Notes: generated by a model not told the origin, from the letters alone. A stretch of DNA of 64,000 bases from Octopus sinensis (GCF_006345805.1 NC_042997.1:90582001-90646000), one strand, 5' to 3'; shown: positions 40,130 to 53,751, numbered from the stretch's first letter. Program-made: numbers and translations.

Positions 40130-41923
40130 GCATGAGTAGAACTTGACACCTGAGTAGAACTCATGTCTGGAAACCTCATGGCATACTGAGATTGTTGAAA
40201 AACTCGATAATACGGCCCCTGGAAGGAATATTTATATCTATCTCATCTAACTAAATATTTTTAAACACCCAAGGGAAAAAATCCATAGCACCTGCACGAT
40301 ATTTTTTAAACACTCAAGGGAAATAACCCATAGCACCTGCACTTACAGTCGTTAGTTTTTAGAGAAGCGATCAATATTTGATTCTCACGATCAGCGGGCC
40401 TAATTCTGCATTTCACTACTCACAGTTTTGAACCGCTAAATCTTATTATTGCATTTTCTTGCTGTATGTACACTTTCAGTGCCATAACTCCGATAATTCT
40501 GCATTTTTCCAGTAAAAATTTTTCGATGTCAGTACATAACTTTTTGATTCCAGAACGTATTTAATAAGTGTGTCCCAGTACAACGAACTCATACTTTCAA
40601 TGCTTAAAATTCTTAAAAAATGAAACCAAACTTCCACACCACATTCAGTTGGGACACCCTATATCACTTATACTTATTCATAATAATTATTGCTTATTTA
40701 CAATTCATACAACGTTTTCATGAAACTAATTGAGCCATCGAATTTAGAAATATTTTGCAGGTTTCATTGTTTATGTTCGATTACTTTGAATATCGATTTT
40801 TTGTGTGTCCAATTTCTAATTTTTGCAGACAATATCTCTTTTATACTTTATTTGACACGTCAGTAGAACTCATTTCTGGAAACCTCGTGACGTATTTAGA
40901 AAAAAATCGATAATAGGGCCCCTCTAATAGATCCTTCTATCTACTACATATTACTAATATTTTATTTAAACAACCCAAGGGAAATAACCCATTGCACCTG
41001 CAGTTCTTAGCGAAGCGATCAATATTTGATTCTCACAATCAGCCGACCCAATTCTGCATTTCACTACTCAGTTTTGAACAGCTAAACATTATTATTGCAC
41101 TTCTTTGATTCGAATTTTAAACCTTAATGATTTCAATCATACATATCTATACATACATACTTTTTCGAATACCCATTACTCCAATAATTTTGCATTTTTA
41201 CAGTTACACTTTCCATGAAAGTAGATAATTTTTTTATCACACAACGTATTTGTAGTGGTGTCATGCAGGCATAGCGTGGATTCGATCCTTGATTGCCAAA
41301 TTTCACTTAACACTTCAACAGCGCTTTTCTCACCCTAAAACAATAGTTTTTTCTGTGAATGACAGCAGTTGAACATTTCCCAGATGCCTTCCCCAAGCAG
41401 AATAATGTCTTCGCCACTTGATCCCTCTAATCTATTCTAGGCCACCAGGGGCTGGAATGGAGATAACAGACCTCCAACGAAATCATTTGTTCTGAACAAT
41501 ATGTCTATCCTTCTGGATACTTTTCGATAGTTATAAAAAACAAGAACTCCGTAAGCTAAAGGAGTGAGTGTGAACGTTATCATTGCAATTTCTTCATTTC
41601 ATTCTTAAACATTAAACACTTCATTTATATATTTATATACATATATACTACATTTACATATAACCTTTAATAAATTAGCTTTCATAAAGTTCACCTTTAA
41701 AATGCCACATCGAGTCAGAGTACTTTCTCGCCAACCTCCGAAAACCTCTCTCGCCAACCTCCAACGATCTCTCCCTCCTCCAGCTGACAGATTTTTGTAC
41801 TTTTTCGCAACAGAAAATGCACCTTTTGTGGCAGTTGTAATGAAATTGCTTTCTTATATCAGAGTAATAAGGCGTTTCAATAGACCATATTTACCCCCAG
41901 GAATTACCGGGTACACCAGCTAG
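40130..41923 (+). mobile_element. Probable non-autonomous Helitron with an internal ~400-bp direct duplication
   Basis: 3' end ccccaggaattaccgggtacaccagCTAG|t at 41920-41924; ~40130-40520 resembles ~40860-41200. The 5' end is not located. Confidence 0.55.
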
Positions 41924-42399
41924 TGTATATATATATATATATATATACATATATATGCACATGTGCATGCGTGGAGGTGTGGATGTGAGAGACAGACAGA
42001 GTCAATGAATGTTGGTTCGATTCTCGTTAATGGAAGGCGTCCGAGTTTCAAGGGCTACCGTTAGATCAAATATATAACTCTTAGTGCATTATTGCTATTA
42101 TATCAAGAATGCTCCAGTTGTACGGTATCTGGATGATTGGCTGAGCCACTTCGACTTAAAAATTTTAAGGATTTTAAATATTTTTAAAGTGAGTCGATAC
42201 AGAGAGATAAGATCTCAGAACTTCCTTTTAGCAATATCGGTGGTTGTTTCAACCAGAATTTCTCAGATATACTTAATTTGTTGTTACTATCTACGTTAGT
42301 CTTCTAGGTTGTTATGTCCAACATGTTCCAGTTTAAACAATTCATTTTCAGTATCGTCATCCCTGAATTTCTACAAAAAGGTAGAATTCGCTACCTTAT

Positions 42400-42620
42400 T
42401 TAACTGGTTTCAAATTTTGGCACACAGCCTGCAAGTTCAGGAGGCGTAGGCAAGTCGATGACATCGACCCCTGAACTCAATTGGTACTTATTTTATCGAG
42501 CCCGAAAGGATGAAAGACAAAGTCGATCTCAGCGGAATTTGAACTTGGAATGCAAAGACGGACGAAAATGCCGCTAAGCTTTTTTCTCGGCTTGCTAACG
42601 ATTCTGCCACCTTGCAGCCC
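42400..42620 (-). mobile_element. Family-A SINE
   Basis: Reverse complement matches 411-643. Confidence 0.8.
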
Positions 42621-43932
42621 TTTATCCTATATAATTGACTTATGAATAATCTGTTCTTGATAAGATCGTCTTTATGGAAAACTGTTGGATTTTCTACAGT
42701 TACAATGGTAGAGGTTCGTTGTGTGTGTATGTGTGTGTGTGTGTATGTGTGTGTGTGTGTGTATGTGTGTGTGTGTGTATGTGTGTGTGTGTGTATGTGT
42801 CTCCTATGTGTCACCACTTGGTAACCGGTACTTACGTTCATTATGAGTTTTATGATTATGATTGTGGAATTATTGGAATTCTTGTGTATGTTAGCTTCCA
42901 TAATTGGCTTTCTATGGGAGTGATATTTGCGTGTGGTTAGATCAATTGTGATGTCTTAGACTGGTACTAACAGCGACGTTCAAATTGTATTCGAAAAATA
43001 TTCTTAAAAGGCTTTTTGTTTCTGTATGTTTCATCTTGAAAAAGTCACATCGTCACATGATACTATCTGGACTATGGAGGTTATTTCATGTGTTAAAATT
43101 GCTGTGCATAGTTCCTCGAAATTGTTTACTTCCACTCCGTCGTGAGTTTCCCATGGAAACATTGAATAACGAATCATCATCCCGACCCAGTAGGAACCGC
43201 CATGGTAAGAGAATGATTTACAGATATTTATTATTATCTTGATACTAATATCGCTGATAGTGGTAAATGTTTTCCTCAAATTTCAGGATTTCACTGGAGA
43301 TATTTAGATATTGATGGGCAGAAGCCATTCTACCAACTCGGGTGAATTTACAGAATGATTTTTTCTATATTATTTAGTCACTCAATAACAGCGGCATTGC
43401 AGTTTTATTGTGATAACTATAGTCTTGTTAATTAAACCCAACTCATTCTAGTAAGGTTTATTGATTTGTACCTATTGCTTAGGGGAAATTGAATTTATGA
43501 TCTTTAACGGTAGTCTAGGGTGTGTATTTTGCGACACGTCCGGTGGGGCCTTTTCTTCTATTTCATTTGACTGCTATTTCCACTAGTAACAGGCTAACAT
43601 AGAAACTCCCAAGGAAATTATATTCACTCGAGATCTATGCCGAATGCTTGTTACAGTGTGAACACCATTAAATACAGATGATAATGTTGAACTGGACATT
43701 AAATCAAGTGCCCAAGATAAACCATAGTGAAGCTAACTTGTGAACAAATACAACGATACCGTCATTTATTAAAGATGTAGTGTGTCTCATGTATTCTTCC
43801 TTTAATTTGAAGTAGTAGATTGTTATTTGAGAGATATTTGATTGCTATTTTACCAAATATGTGCTTCTTCGTAGATTAGTACGAACAATAGTTGTTTTCT
43901 AATAACACCGCTGCCTTTATGATATCATATAT

Positions 43933-44140
43933 ACGAAAGGGTGCTGGCTTTGGTAAAAGAAAATAAAGGAGGGTCAATTAATTATGATTTTATTCAACAT
44001 ATTCCCTCTCAGAGTCACACAATTTGTGCGACGGTCCTTCAGTTTTTCTAAACCCTTAAAAAGAACTTGGAAGGTTGGGCCTCCAACCAGGCCTTAGGCG
44101 ATAGCCTTAAAGCCAGGAATTTTTCAACACCCACACGTAT
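43933..44140. mobile_element. Mariner-derived MITE (degenerate)
   Basis: tacgaaagggtgctg at the left vs ttttcaacacccacacgta at the right; TA flanks. Confidence 0.55.
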
Positions 44141-44702
44141 GCGTGTATACACGTATGTATACATGCATATATATATATATATGTGTGTGTGTGTATACAC
44201 AGTCACATAGATATATATAAATATAAATAGATAGATAGATAGATACATACATACATACATACATACATACATACATACATACATACATACATACATACAT
44301 ACGTACATACATACACATGCGTGTGTGTATGTACGTGCAGTGATATGTGTGTGCGTACATGATTATAAGCGTGTATATGTGTGCAGTGTATTCTCATTTG
44401 TACGCATGTGAACTGCGCACTACTATTTCAAGAATCGCGTGCGAATTGAACGTGCGTGTGCATGTGTGTATGATAGTGTGTAGGTGGACTTTTTTGAATT
44501 TCATTAATGATATTAAATTATAATTAGAAAAATGCCAATTAAGCTCCTTGACAAACATGAACCCGAGCCTGATGCGAACACCTGAAATAATCCTTCATAA
44601 TTCCAGTTTTAGAAATATCACACCAATATTTGGGGTGTCAAAGAATAAATGAGAAATACTAAATCCGCCAACCCACCCCTAACACCCCTAACACACACAT
44701 AG

Positions 44703-44734
<32 letters not shown>

Positions 44735-44941
44735 CCATACATTTATATGGGGTGGGGTGATTTGCATTGTCATGCGAGTGCTTAATTCTCTGTACACACG
44801 TGTCTTCACTGCTTTACGTAAAGCGGAAACATACCTGGAAATATACTGGTAGACTGATTATACGCATGTATACATGCAGCACGCCACCGCGCACACACAT
44901 ATATACATATATACGTACAGATGTATGCATATCTATCTACA

Positions 44942-44978
<37 letters not shown>

Positions 44979-45005
44979 TGTGTGTGTATATATATATATA
45001 TATAT

Positions 45006-45049
<44 letters not shown>

Positions 45050-45194
45050 CATATACTGTGTATATATATATATATAAACGTGTACAAGTGTACACACACA
45101 TACAAAAACACACACACACATATATACATATTATATATATATATGTATGTGTGTGTGTGTGTGTGTGTGTGCGTGTGTGTTTGTATAGATGCAG

Positions 45195-45595
45195 GCCTGG
45201 CTGTGTGGTAAGAAGCTTCCTTCCCAACCACATGGTTCTGGGTTCAGTACCATTGCGTGGCATCTTGGGCAAGAATTCGTTCTATCGCCTCGGGCCTACC
45301 AAATTTGTGTGTGAATTTGGTAGACGGAAACGGAAAGAAGCCTGCCGTATATATATGTGTGTGTGTGTGTGTGTTTGTCTTTTTGTGTCTGTGTTTATTC
45401 CTCCTTCCCCCGTCACCGTCGCTTGACAACCAATATTTGTGTGTTTATGCACGCCCCATAACTTGCGGTTCAGCAAAAGATACCAATAGAATAAGTACCA
45501 AGCTTACAAAGTATAAGTCCTAGGGTCTCTTTGTTCGACTAAAAGGCAGTGCTCCAGCATGGCTGCAGTCAAATGACTAAAACAAGTAACAGAAT
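45195..45595 (+). mobile_element. Family-B SINE
   Basis: Similarity to the other copies. Confidence 0.88.
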
Positions 45596-45660
45596 ATATA
45601 TATGTGTGTATGTATGTATATGTTTGTATACATACATATATATATAAATATGTATGTGCG

Positions 45661-45699
<39 letters not shown>

Positions 45700-45883
45700 T
45701 GTGAGTGTGTGTGCATATTTATGCGCCTGAGACTGCGTGTAATGTCAAAATCATGGTTGTTAAAGATTTTAAAATATTCCAAATAGTTTTAATTGTACCA
45801 GTATATTGCAAAAATGCATAAGGTAATTTCAGATTTTGTGTAATGTGTATGCATGTTCGCGTGTACACGTGTGCATATTACAT

Positions 45884-45969
<86 letters not shown>

Positions 45970-45979
45970 TATATACATA

Positions 45980-46440
45980 TACACGCACACATGCAGAAAG
46001 AGAGAACTGATGGGGAAGAGCTGTTATTTCATATCATCGATATTTTGTTTTCACTACGTATATAACTATATACAAATATGCATATCAAAGTATTGTGTGT
46101 GTGTGTGTGTGTGTGTGTGTGCACGCGCGCGCGCATATATGTATGTATGTATATGTATGTATGTATGTATTGTACATGGGTGTGTGTGTGTATATATATA
46201 TATATATATTATATACATATATAACATATACACGCACACATGCAGAAAGAGAGAACTGATGGGGAGAGAGCTGTTATTTCATATCATCGATATTTTGTTT
46301 TCACTACGTATATAACTATATACAAATAGCATATCAAAGTATTGTGTGTGTGTGTGTGTGGTGTGGTGTGTGTGCACGCGCGCGCGCATATATGTATGTA
46401 TGTATAGTATGTATGTATAGTATTGTACATGGGTGTGTGG
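45980..46440. repeat. Near-identical ~210-250-bp tandem duplication
   Basis: acacgcacacatgcagaaagagagaactgatgggg...tattgtacatgggtgtgtg occurs twice. Confidence 0.9.
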
Positions 46441-46505
46441 GTTGATTTATATATATATAATATATATATATATATAAGAAGATAGATAGATAGATAGATA
46501 GATAG

Positions 46506-46550
<45 letters not shown>

Positions 46551-47438
46551 GGGAGACACACATACACAGAGAGAAAGAGAGAGAGTGAATTGGGAGAGCT
46601 GTTGCACTCTGTCGTTACTCTGAGTTTTCTCGAAGTTACATACGAATATGACAAACAGAAACAGCATCGTTGAACAAATAAATTAAGTCTTGTATGTATT
46701 TTATCCTCTTCCTCTTGTTCGTACATCGAAACGTATATGTAAATATGTATGAGTGTGTAATGTGCGTATGTATGTGTAGGATAGCGAGGTTTGCGGTACA
46801 CTTCTCGGCTTTTCTTCCTTCTCCGGCACTCTTCGTACTTCCGTTGAAGCGTTCGCCCTCATGGCAGTACATGTCCTCACCTACATTGTCTTTGAGTGAC
46901 AAAGGTACACCAGACAATGTTAACCTTTTTCTCATTCTCTGTTCCTTCATCTTTATCCTCCCAACCATGATACCTTCTGTTCCTTGACCAGCTAAACCCA
47001 CATCACACTACTGCACAAACTACTTACTTACGCCCTTCGCTCGTGGAGAAGGATTTCTCATTTACGGTAAAATATGTAAAAACATGATTTTCTATTCAGT
47101 GGTGCCCTTCCTCGGACTCCAAGATGCATTTCTGACTCTTTAGTCTTCATCAGTGAGAGATACCGAAGAATGATAACCCTGAACCGATAAGAAAGCTGTA
47201 GGCTTATAATATAACACTCAATACTAGTGACTGACTTACACAGGCAGACCGCTCAGTCAGAACGAATATATTTGTAGTAGCGCTAAGCAGTGATAAGAAA
47301 TAAACGCTTGCGCGTGTGTGTGTGTGTGCGTGTGTGTACGTGTGTGTGTATACTTATATACTTGTATCCTTTATTCAAACGTAAACATTACTTCGTGGCT
47401 TATATTACTTGATGACCTTCACTTTGTTATCAGTGCTG

Positions 47439-47538
47439 NNNNNNNNNNNNNNNNNNNNNNNNNNNNNNNNNNNNNNNNNNNNNNNNNNNNNNNNNNNNNN
47501 NNNNNNNNNNNNNNNNNNNNNNNNNNNNNNNNNNNNNN
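47439..47538. other. Assembly gap (100 N, true size unknown)
   Basis: Directly visible. Confidence 1.
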
Positions 47539-47749
47539 AATGGTTTCGCTTGATGCTCTCTCTCATTTCGCCTAGAACAGGGGTTCCAACCTATTTTAAG
47601 CACCACGGACTGGTTTCATGCATGACAATTTGTTCCACGATCTGGGGATCATGTACATAACACAATAAAGTGCGTAATATATAATTGATTATTACATATA
47701 TAAAACATATATATTAAACATACACTTTACACATGTAATACATATACTC

Positions 47750-48260
47750 TTTTACTTGTTTCAGTCATTTGACTGTGGTCATGCTGGAGCACCGCCTTTA
47801 GTCGAGGACTTATTCTTTGTAAGCCTAGTACTTATTCTATCGGTCTGTTTTGCCGAACCGCTAGGTTAGGGGACGTAAACACACACCATCGGTTGTCAAG
47901 CGATTTGGGGGGGGGGTGACAAACAGACACACAAATTTATACATACATACATATATATATACACGACGGGCTTCTTTCAGTTTCCGTCTACCAAATCTGC
48001 TCACAAGGCTTTGGTCGGCCCGAGGCTATAGTAGAAGACACTTGCCCAAGGTGTCACGCAGTGGGACTGAACCCGGAACCATGTGGTGTGTAAGCAAGCT
48101 ACTTACCACACAGCCACTCCTACGCCTATACATAATTTTTAAAATCTTTTACTAGTCGACTCCAGTATTTTTTCTGAAAGTCTAGTTTCGATCGGTCTCT
48201 TTTGCCGAACCGCCAAGTTACGGGGACGTAAACACACTAACACCGGTTGTCAAGTGGTGA
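47750..48260 (-). mobile_element. Family-B SINE plus a partial tail copy
   Basis: Similarity to 8686-9075. Confidence 0.88.
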
Positions 48261-49003
48261 TAAAATGACGATATTACAGTTTACATATTTGGAAGACTGC
48301 AGCTCCTACATTGACAAGCATTGGAGACCACATCCAAATATGGCTACCAGACTAATGTACCAAGCCTCACTCACACATGACAACTGATAGCCCGCTCGTC
48401 ATACAGTTATTATGCTCTCCCTCCTTCTCTCTTTTTCACTATCTCTATCTCTCCCTTTTTCACTATCTCTATCTCTCTCTTTCTCTCTGTTTCTTTTCTC
48501 TTCCTCTCTCTCTTCCTCTCTCTCCCCTCTCTCACTCTCTTACTCTCATTTCTTTATCGCTGTTACATCATTTTATGGTCCTCTAATAAAGATGTATACC
48601 TTGAGCAAGTATCTACTGCCATAGACTCGGGTTCGAGTCTATGGTAGAAGATACTTGCCTAAGGCGCCGTGCAGTAGGATTGAATCTGGAAATACGTGGT
48701 TGCAAAGAACTTCATTGTGTCCTACGTACGGGAAAAGGTAGAACCAAGTTCTGAGTTCTAACCCCAACAAAGTCGACTTTGTTTTTTTTTTGTTTTTTTT
48801 TATTTTGGGGGAATTAATAAAATAAGCACTAGTCCAATACTTGTTACCTTTTACCTGTATTAAAACCTTTGTTGTTGGTATTTAGATTTGGTGAGACTGA
48901 TCAGGTTTATTTATGAATGTGTATATTTTGTTTGATAATGACAATTTAATTAGTTTCTAATAAAAGAATTTTTTTTTCTTTTTGTTTTGTTTTTTTCCAA
49001 CAG

Positions 49004-49668
49004 AACTGAATGTTACAAAGAAGTCACGAAGCGAAGAGGAAGGTAGCGAGAATAGCCAACACACGGGAGAAAACAAAGATGGCGTCAACGACAGTCTGTC
49101 TGATTCATCTGACGAAATACAGAGCGACAATCCTGACACAGACCTTCCTCCTTGTCAGATATTGGAGAAGACATCACGCACTCTCAACTCCTCCGTCACC
49201 CTTACAAAGCCGTCGCTGACAATGTCGCCAAATCCGGCACAGAATTTCACCTCGATGACCTCACAATGCCAGTACTTGAATGGTGGCCGTGGTTACACTC
49301 AAGCTTGTATGGGTGAGCAAATGTACTACCCTCACCATCCGAATACGGGGCGCTCACCATCAAGTTCTTTCCTTCCGGTCACCACATCAACGCTACTTCC
49401 GCCGGTATCGTCCAGCCTCAGCTTACACCCTGTAAGTCCTCAACTGCAAGCATGTCGTCTTTCTGGACAAACTAACGCATGTGCACTGGCTCAAAGCACT
49501 TCTCATCTGAACCCAGCCACCCAGGGCTACGCTATTCGGACTTCTCCACAGCAGAACCACCCGTCTTTGCCTTCGTGCACCTATATGCAGACTGCCCAAC
49601 CATATCCAACAACGTTGACACCCAACGTTCACATGATGAACATGAACTTTACAGGACCTATGGCGTGA
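49004..49668 (+). CDS. Terminal coding exon of a host gene; transcription-factor-like C-terminus (candidate Hox Lox4/Lox2 tail)
   Basis: Strong acceptor (long poly-T tract plus ttccaacag, AG at 49002-49003), phase 1. About 220 open codons to TGA at 49666-49668. Non-repetitive and GC-richer than flanks; (E)LNVTKKSRSEEE acidic block, then S/T/P/Q-rich. AT-rich 3'UTR-like sequence follows. Confidence 0.85.
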
Positions 49669-50063
49669 CAGTATATTCAAGTTGCCTACAGGTGGCGACA
49701 CTGTATAGAAAATAATTGAATGAAAATAAGCCCTATTGGGATAACACCACATAGAGGTGTTTTCTGCAATCGGAAAACTCAAGGTTATATCTATTGAGAC
49801 AAAACAAAACATATGACTAAACTAAAGACAAATGATTTTACAAACAAAATTTTAAAAATATAAGCTAAAATACAAAAAAAATTAACCAAGAAATGATATT
49901 GAATTATAAATCATGATCTCTGAACAAAAGATTACATTTTCACGTTAAAATTTTGAAAAAAGTTTCATTTGTTTAAAAAACACAAATCAAATCTTTGGAG
50001 TTGTTCGTTAGAAAAAAGAAGCAACAGCAACAGACACCACACATAAGCATCAAAGACAATGTC

Positions 50064-50109
<46 letters not shown>

Positions 50110-50300
50110 ATATATAGTGACTAAACTAAACTATATACATTTGTAAACATGTGTATATAAATGTTATTTTCCACATATGTATCTGAGTAAATATATATAT
50201 TTACCTAGATACATTACGCTTGTATGTATGTATATATGTAATATGCATGTGTTGTTTATATAAACGTGTGAATGATAAGTGCATATATCTTTCTTCCCAC

Positions 50301-50339
<39 letters not shown>

Positions 50340-51027
50340 TGTATATATATTAGTATACATACCTATACAACAATATATATCTGTGTATAGATATGTACGT
50401 GCAATATGAATGCATGGATGTTTATGCATGTTTGGATGAGAATTATGTATGTATGTATGTATGTATGTATGTATGTATGTATGTATGTATGGTGTATGTA
50501 TGTATGTATGTATGTATGTATGTATGTATGTATGTATGTATGTATGTATGCATGCATGTATGTGGGAAGGGGTAAAAGAAAAATTATCAGATCGTTTGGG
50601 CTATTTATCAAAAAAAAAAAAATTATCTATTATGTTCTAAACATTTTGTTACATTTTTGGAATTAACTGTTGTATATACATGCGATAACTGTGTGTATGG
50701 GTATGCATTTGTGCAACATGTATACATTTATACTTGTGATTTGTATATTCTGATGCGTATATCTGTGTGTGCGTGCGTGTTCGAATGCTTGGCTTGTATG
50801 TGTGTGTATGTGCGTGTGTTCAAATATATATATGCACGTATACATATATATGTACATGTATATAAAATATAAATATATAAATATATATATATATATGTGT
50901 GTGTGTATATGCATATACGTATATATGTATATATATATATGTATGTGTATGTATGTACGTATAAACGCAGTCATATAAACGTACTCACACAGCCATACAT
51001 ATGCCTGCATGTATATGGCAAAGTATA

Positions 51028-51068
<41 letters not shown>

Positions 51069-52415
51069 TTACATATACATACATACATATATTATTATAT
51101 ATATATATATCATACATATATCATACATTCATACATACATACATACATACATACATACATACATACATACATACATACATACATACATACATACATACAT
51201 ACAGATGAACATGAGTAAATGCGTCGAAGCTGTTGTTGAATCTCCGTTCAACTTCTGGTGTGTATTGAACGCCGTTGTTACTGAACTGGAAAATATTTTG
51301 TCTCTCAGCTAAATATTTTCCGACCAAAATACTGTTCAACGCCATATTTAGCCACTATACCAACATACACACATACACACGGAGGACCAAAGATGGAGCC
51401 TATACGTGGTGGTTCGACCAGTTAGAAATAGTAACCGAGTCTCCCTCGATTAACTGTGTAGCGTCTTAAAAGTAAGAGAAAGCTATACTGGATAAGGTAA
51501 TCCTATGCACACTATATCTGAGTGAAAGACAGGATGGTCATAGCCGGAACGCTTTTGATCATACGTCTGCTCGATCACGAATAACATGATCATACACAAA
51601 TATATGCATACGCGAATGATCACACATACACACACACATTTATACACATTCATACACATACGCACACATACACATACAAAATATTCAAATAGATGGAGCT
51701 CGAGGGGCAAAATTATAAAAAGTATCATCAAATTGAAAAGAACGATGCTATATAATCAAACTGGTGGACCAAAAGACGAATGTATATATATAATAAATTA
51801 AATTAAATTAAAGATCATTCCTTAAAAACTACTTTTGTTGTTTGTTATGCTCTTTGGGGGGAAGAGGTCAACGACTGATCTGAAAGTATGTATGATTGAC
51901 AACCAACCAGTCTACAGTTCGTGGTTAATATTTTTACCTATATCTTGCTTGGGCCTAATTCATGTAAGGAATGAGACAACTGGGCACAGCTGTTTAGGTG
52001 CTGACGATTTGGCAAAGCTGAATGGACATTTAGCCTGTTTGGGTTACAGTAATTTTAGCACCGGAAGCAACCCCAAACACGCGCATGCAGAAATATACAC
52101 ATATAGATATTACAGGTAGATACTTATTAATTGAACGTGATTGACGTAAACACTTTTCCTCTCCTTATGCAGAGAGGGAGGGAGAAGGGAAAGAGAGAGA
52201 ATGGGGAAAGAAAGAGAGACTGTGGAAAGAGAGAGAGAGTGGGAAGGGAGAATGGGGAAAGAGATAGGTGGAAAGAGATAGATATTACAATTTATCAATT
52301 GAACATGACTGGCATAAAGATTTCCCTTTCCTCATATACATAAAGACAAATATGTTCACGCACATAAACACAGAGAGAGAAAGAGGAGAGGGGGAGAGAA
52401 CGAGAGAGTCGTTAA

Positions 52416-52668
52416 CCCTTTAGCCTCCAGATTACTCTGTCAAATGTTATACTTCACATTGTTTCGAATTAATCGTGTATTATCTTGTAGCTGCGAGATT
52501 CTGATGATGCGGGGTTTTTTTGTTTTTCGTTTTTGGGTTTTTTTTGTTTTTCGTTTTTGGGTTTTTTTTTTGTTTACACAGTGACATTGTAGGATAGGTG
52601 TCAGATGCCAGATCTGGCTGGTTTGAGCATAAAACAGGTGGCATATTTGGGCTGGATACGCTAAAGGG
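52416..52668. mobile_element. piggyBac-like MITE
   Basis: TTAA|ccctttagc ... gctaaaggg|ATAA. Confidence 0.75.
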
Positions 52669-53136
52669 ATAAAATGTCTGATGTCGCATAAGTCAGCGTC
52701 GAATCAACGATACTAAATACTTGCGCCAATATGGCTCATATCCGTCCATGTAAGTGCAAAATAAGCCACACGAGGAGATAAAACTTAGTACTTTAAGACG
52801 TGATGCTCGTTTCATTAGTTCGTAGTCTAATGTTCAGAAGCTACTATATATTACTATAAAGAGGCAAGCTACTGATATATTATGCCTCATTCGCGTAGCA
52901 TATCAGAAATATATTATGAGCACTGTGCATAGGCGTTATGCTGCCGCCAAATTACCCGCATCCAATCAGCCACTTCAATCGTCTCGTTCCGCAGTGTGTA
53001 TGGATCATTAGGATACGTAAGCAGCGTGGAGTAAAGTTGCAAATCTGGGTAAAAGCTTTGCGCCCAAAACATGTGAACGGTTAGTTTACGTTAAACTGTT
53101 CAACATAGAAGTGAGTTTGCTAGAACATAATTCTAA

Positions 53137-53515
53137 TGTACGTTATTTACATTCGATGGATATTTGTCCTCATCTTGTTTGTTGTTAACACAACGTTTTG
53201 GTTGATATACACTCCAGCCTTCTTCAGGTGTCTTGGGGATATTTCGAACCTGGTTTCTCATTCCTAAGATGATTTTCGATGTTGTTGTTGTTGTTGTTGT
53301 TCAGGTCACTGCTTGGAATCGACCTCAGGATCTTGGGGTTAGTAGCCCGCGCTCTTAACCACTATGCCATATGCCCGAAAAATACCTTAGGAATGAGAAC
53401 CCAGGTTCAAAATTTCCCCAAGACACCTGAAGAAGGCTGGAAGTTATATCAGCCGAAACGTTGTGTTAACAAACAAGATGAGGACAAATATCCGTCGAAT
53501 GTAAATAATGTATAT
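53137..53515. mobile_element. Fold-back element: two hammerhead-bearing arms around a tRNA-like Pol III head and (AAC)n
   Basis: Arms ~53137-53268 and ~53385-53515. + HHR gacac-CTGAAGA-aggctg..cagcc-GAAAC-GTT-gtgtt (53422-53467). - strand head TGGCATAGTGG..GGTCGATTCC (~53315-53370). Confidence 0.85.
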
Positions 53516-53751
53516 AATTCCTCATCTCTTAAATATAGAACTGTATAATTCTAATGGTTCTAAAATCGAATTTCCCCAACTTCTGCTACTACAATACGGA
53601 GGTTATCGGATGAATTTTATTGAAGTAGAAATTTGACTGTAATCTTTGTAAGGTAGGAGCAAGAGAATATGGTCAATTAACTTTACACTATTATATTGGC
53701 TTCAGATTTTGGCACTAGGCTAGCAATTTTGGAGGCGGGTTAAGTTGACTA

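Noticed and set aside
46636-47001. ORFs on both strands just upstream of the gap as a possible penultimate exon
   Set aside because: No recognisable domain, no homeobox-like peptide, and no convincing phase-1 donor.
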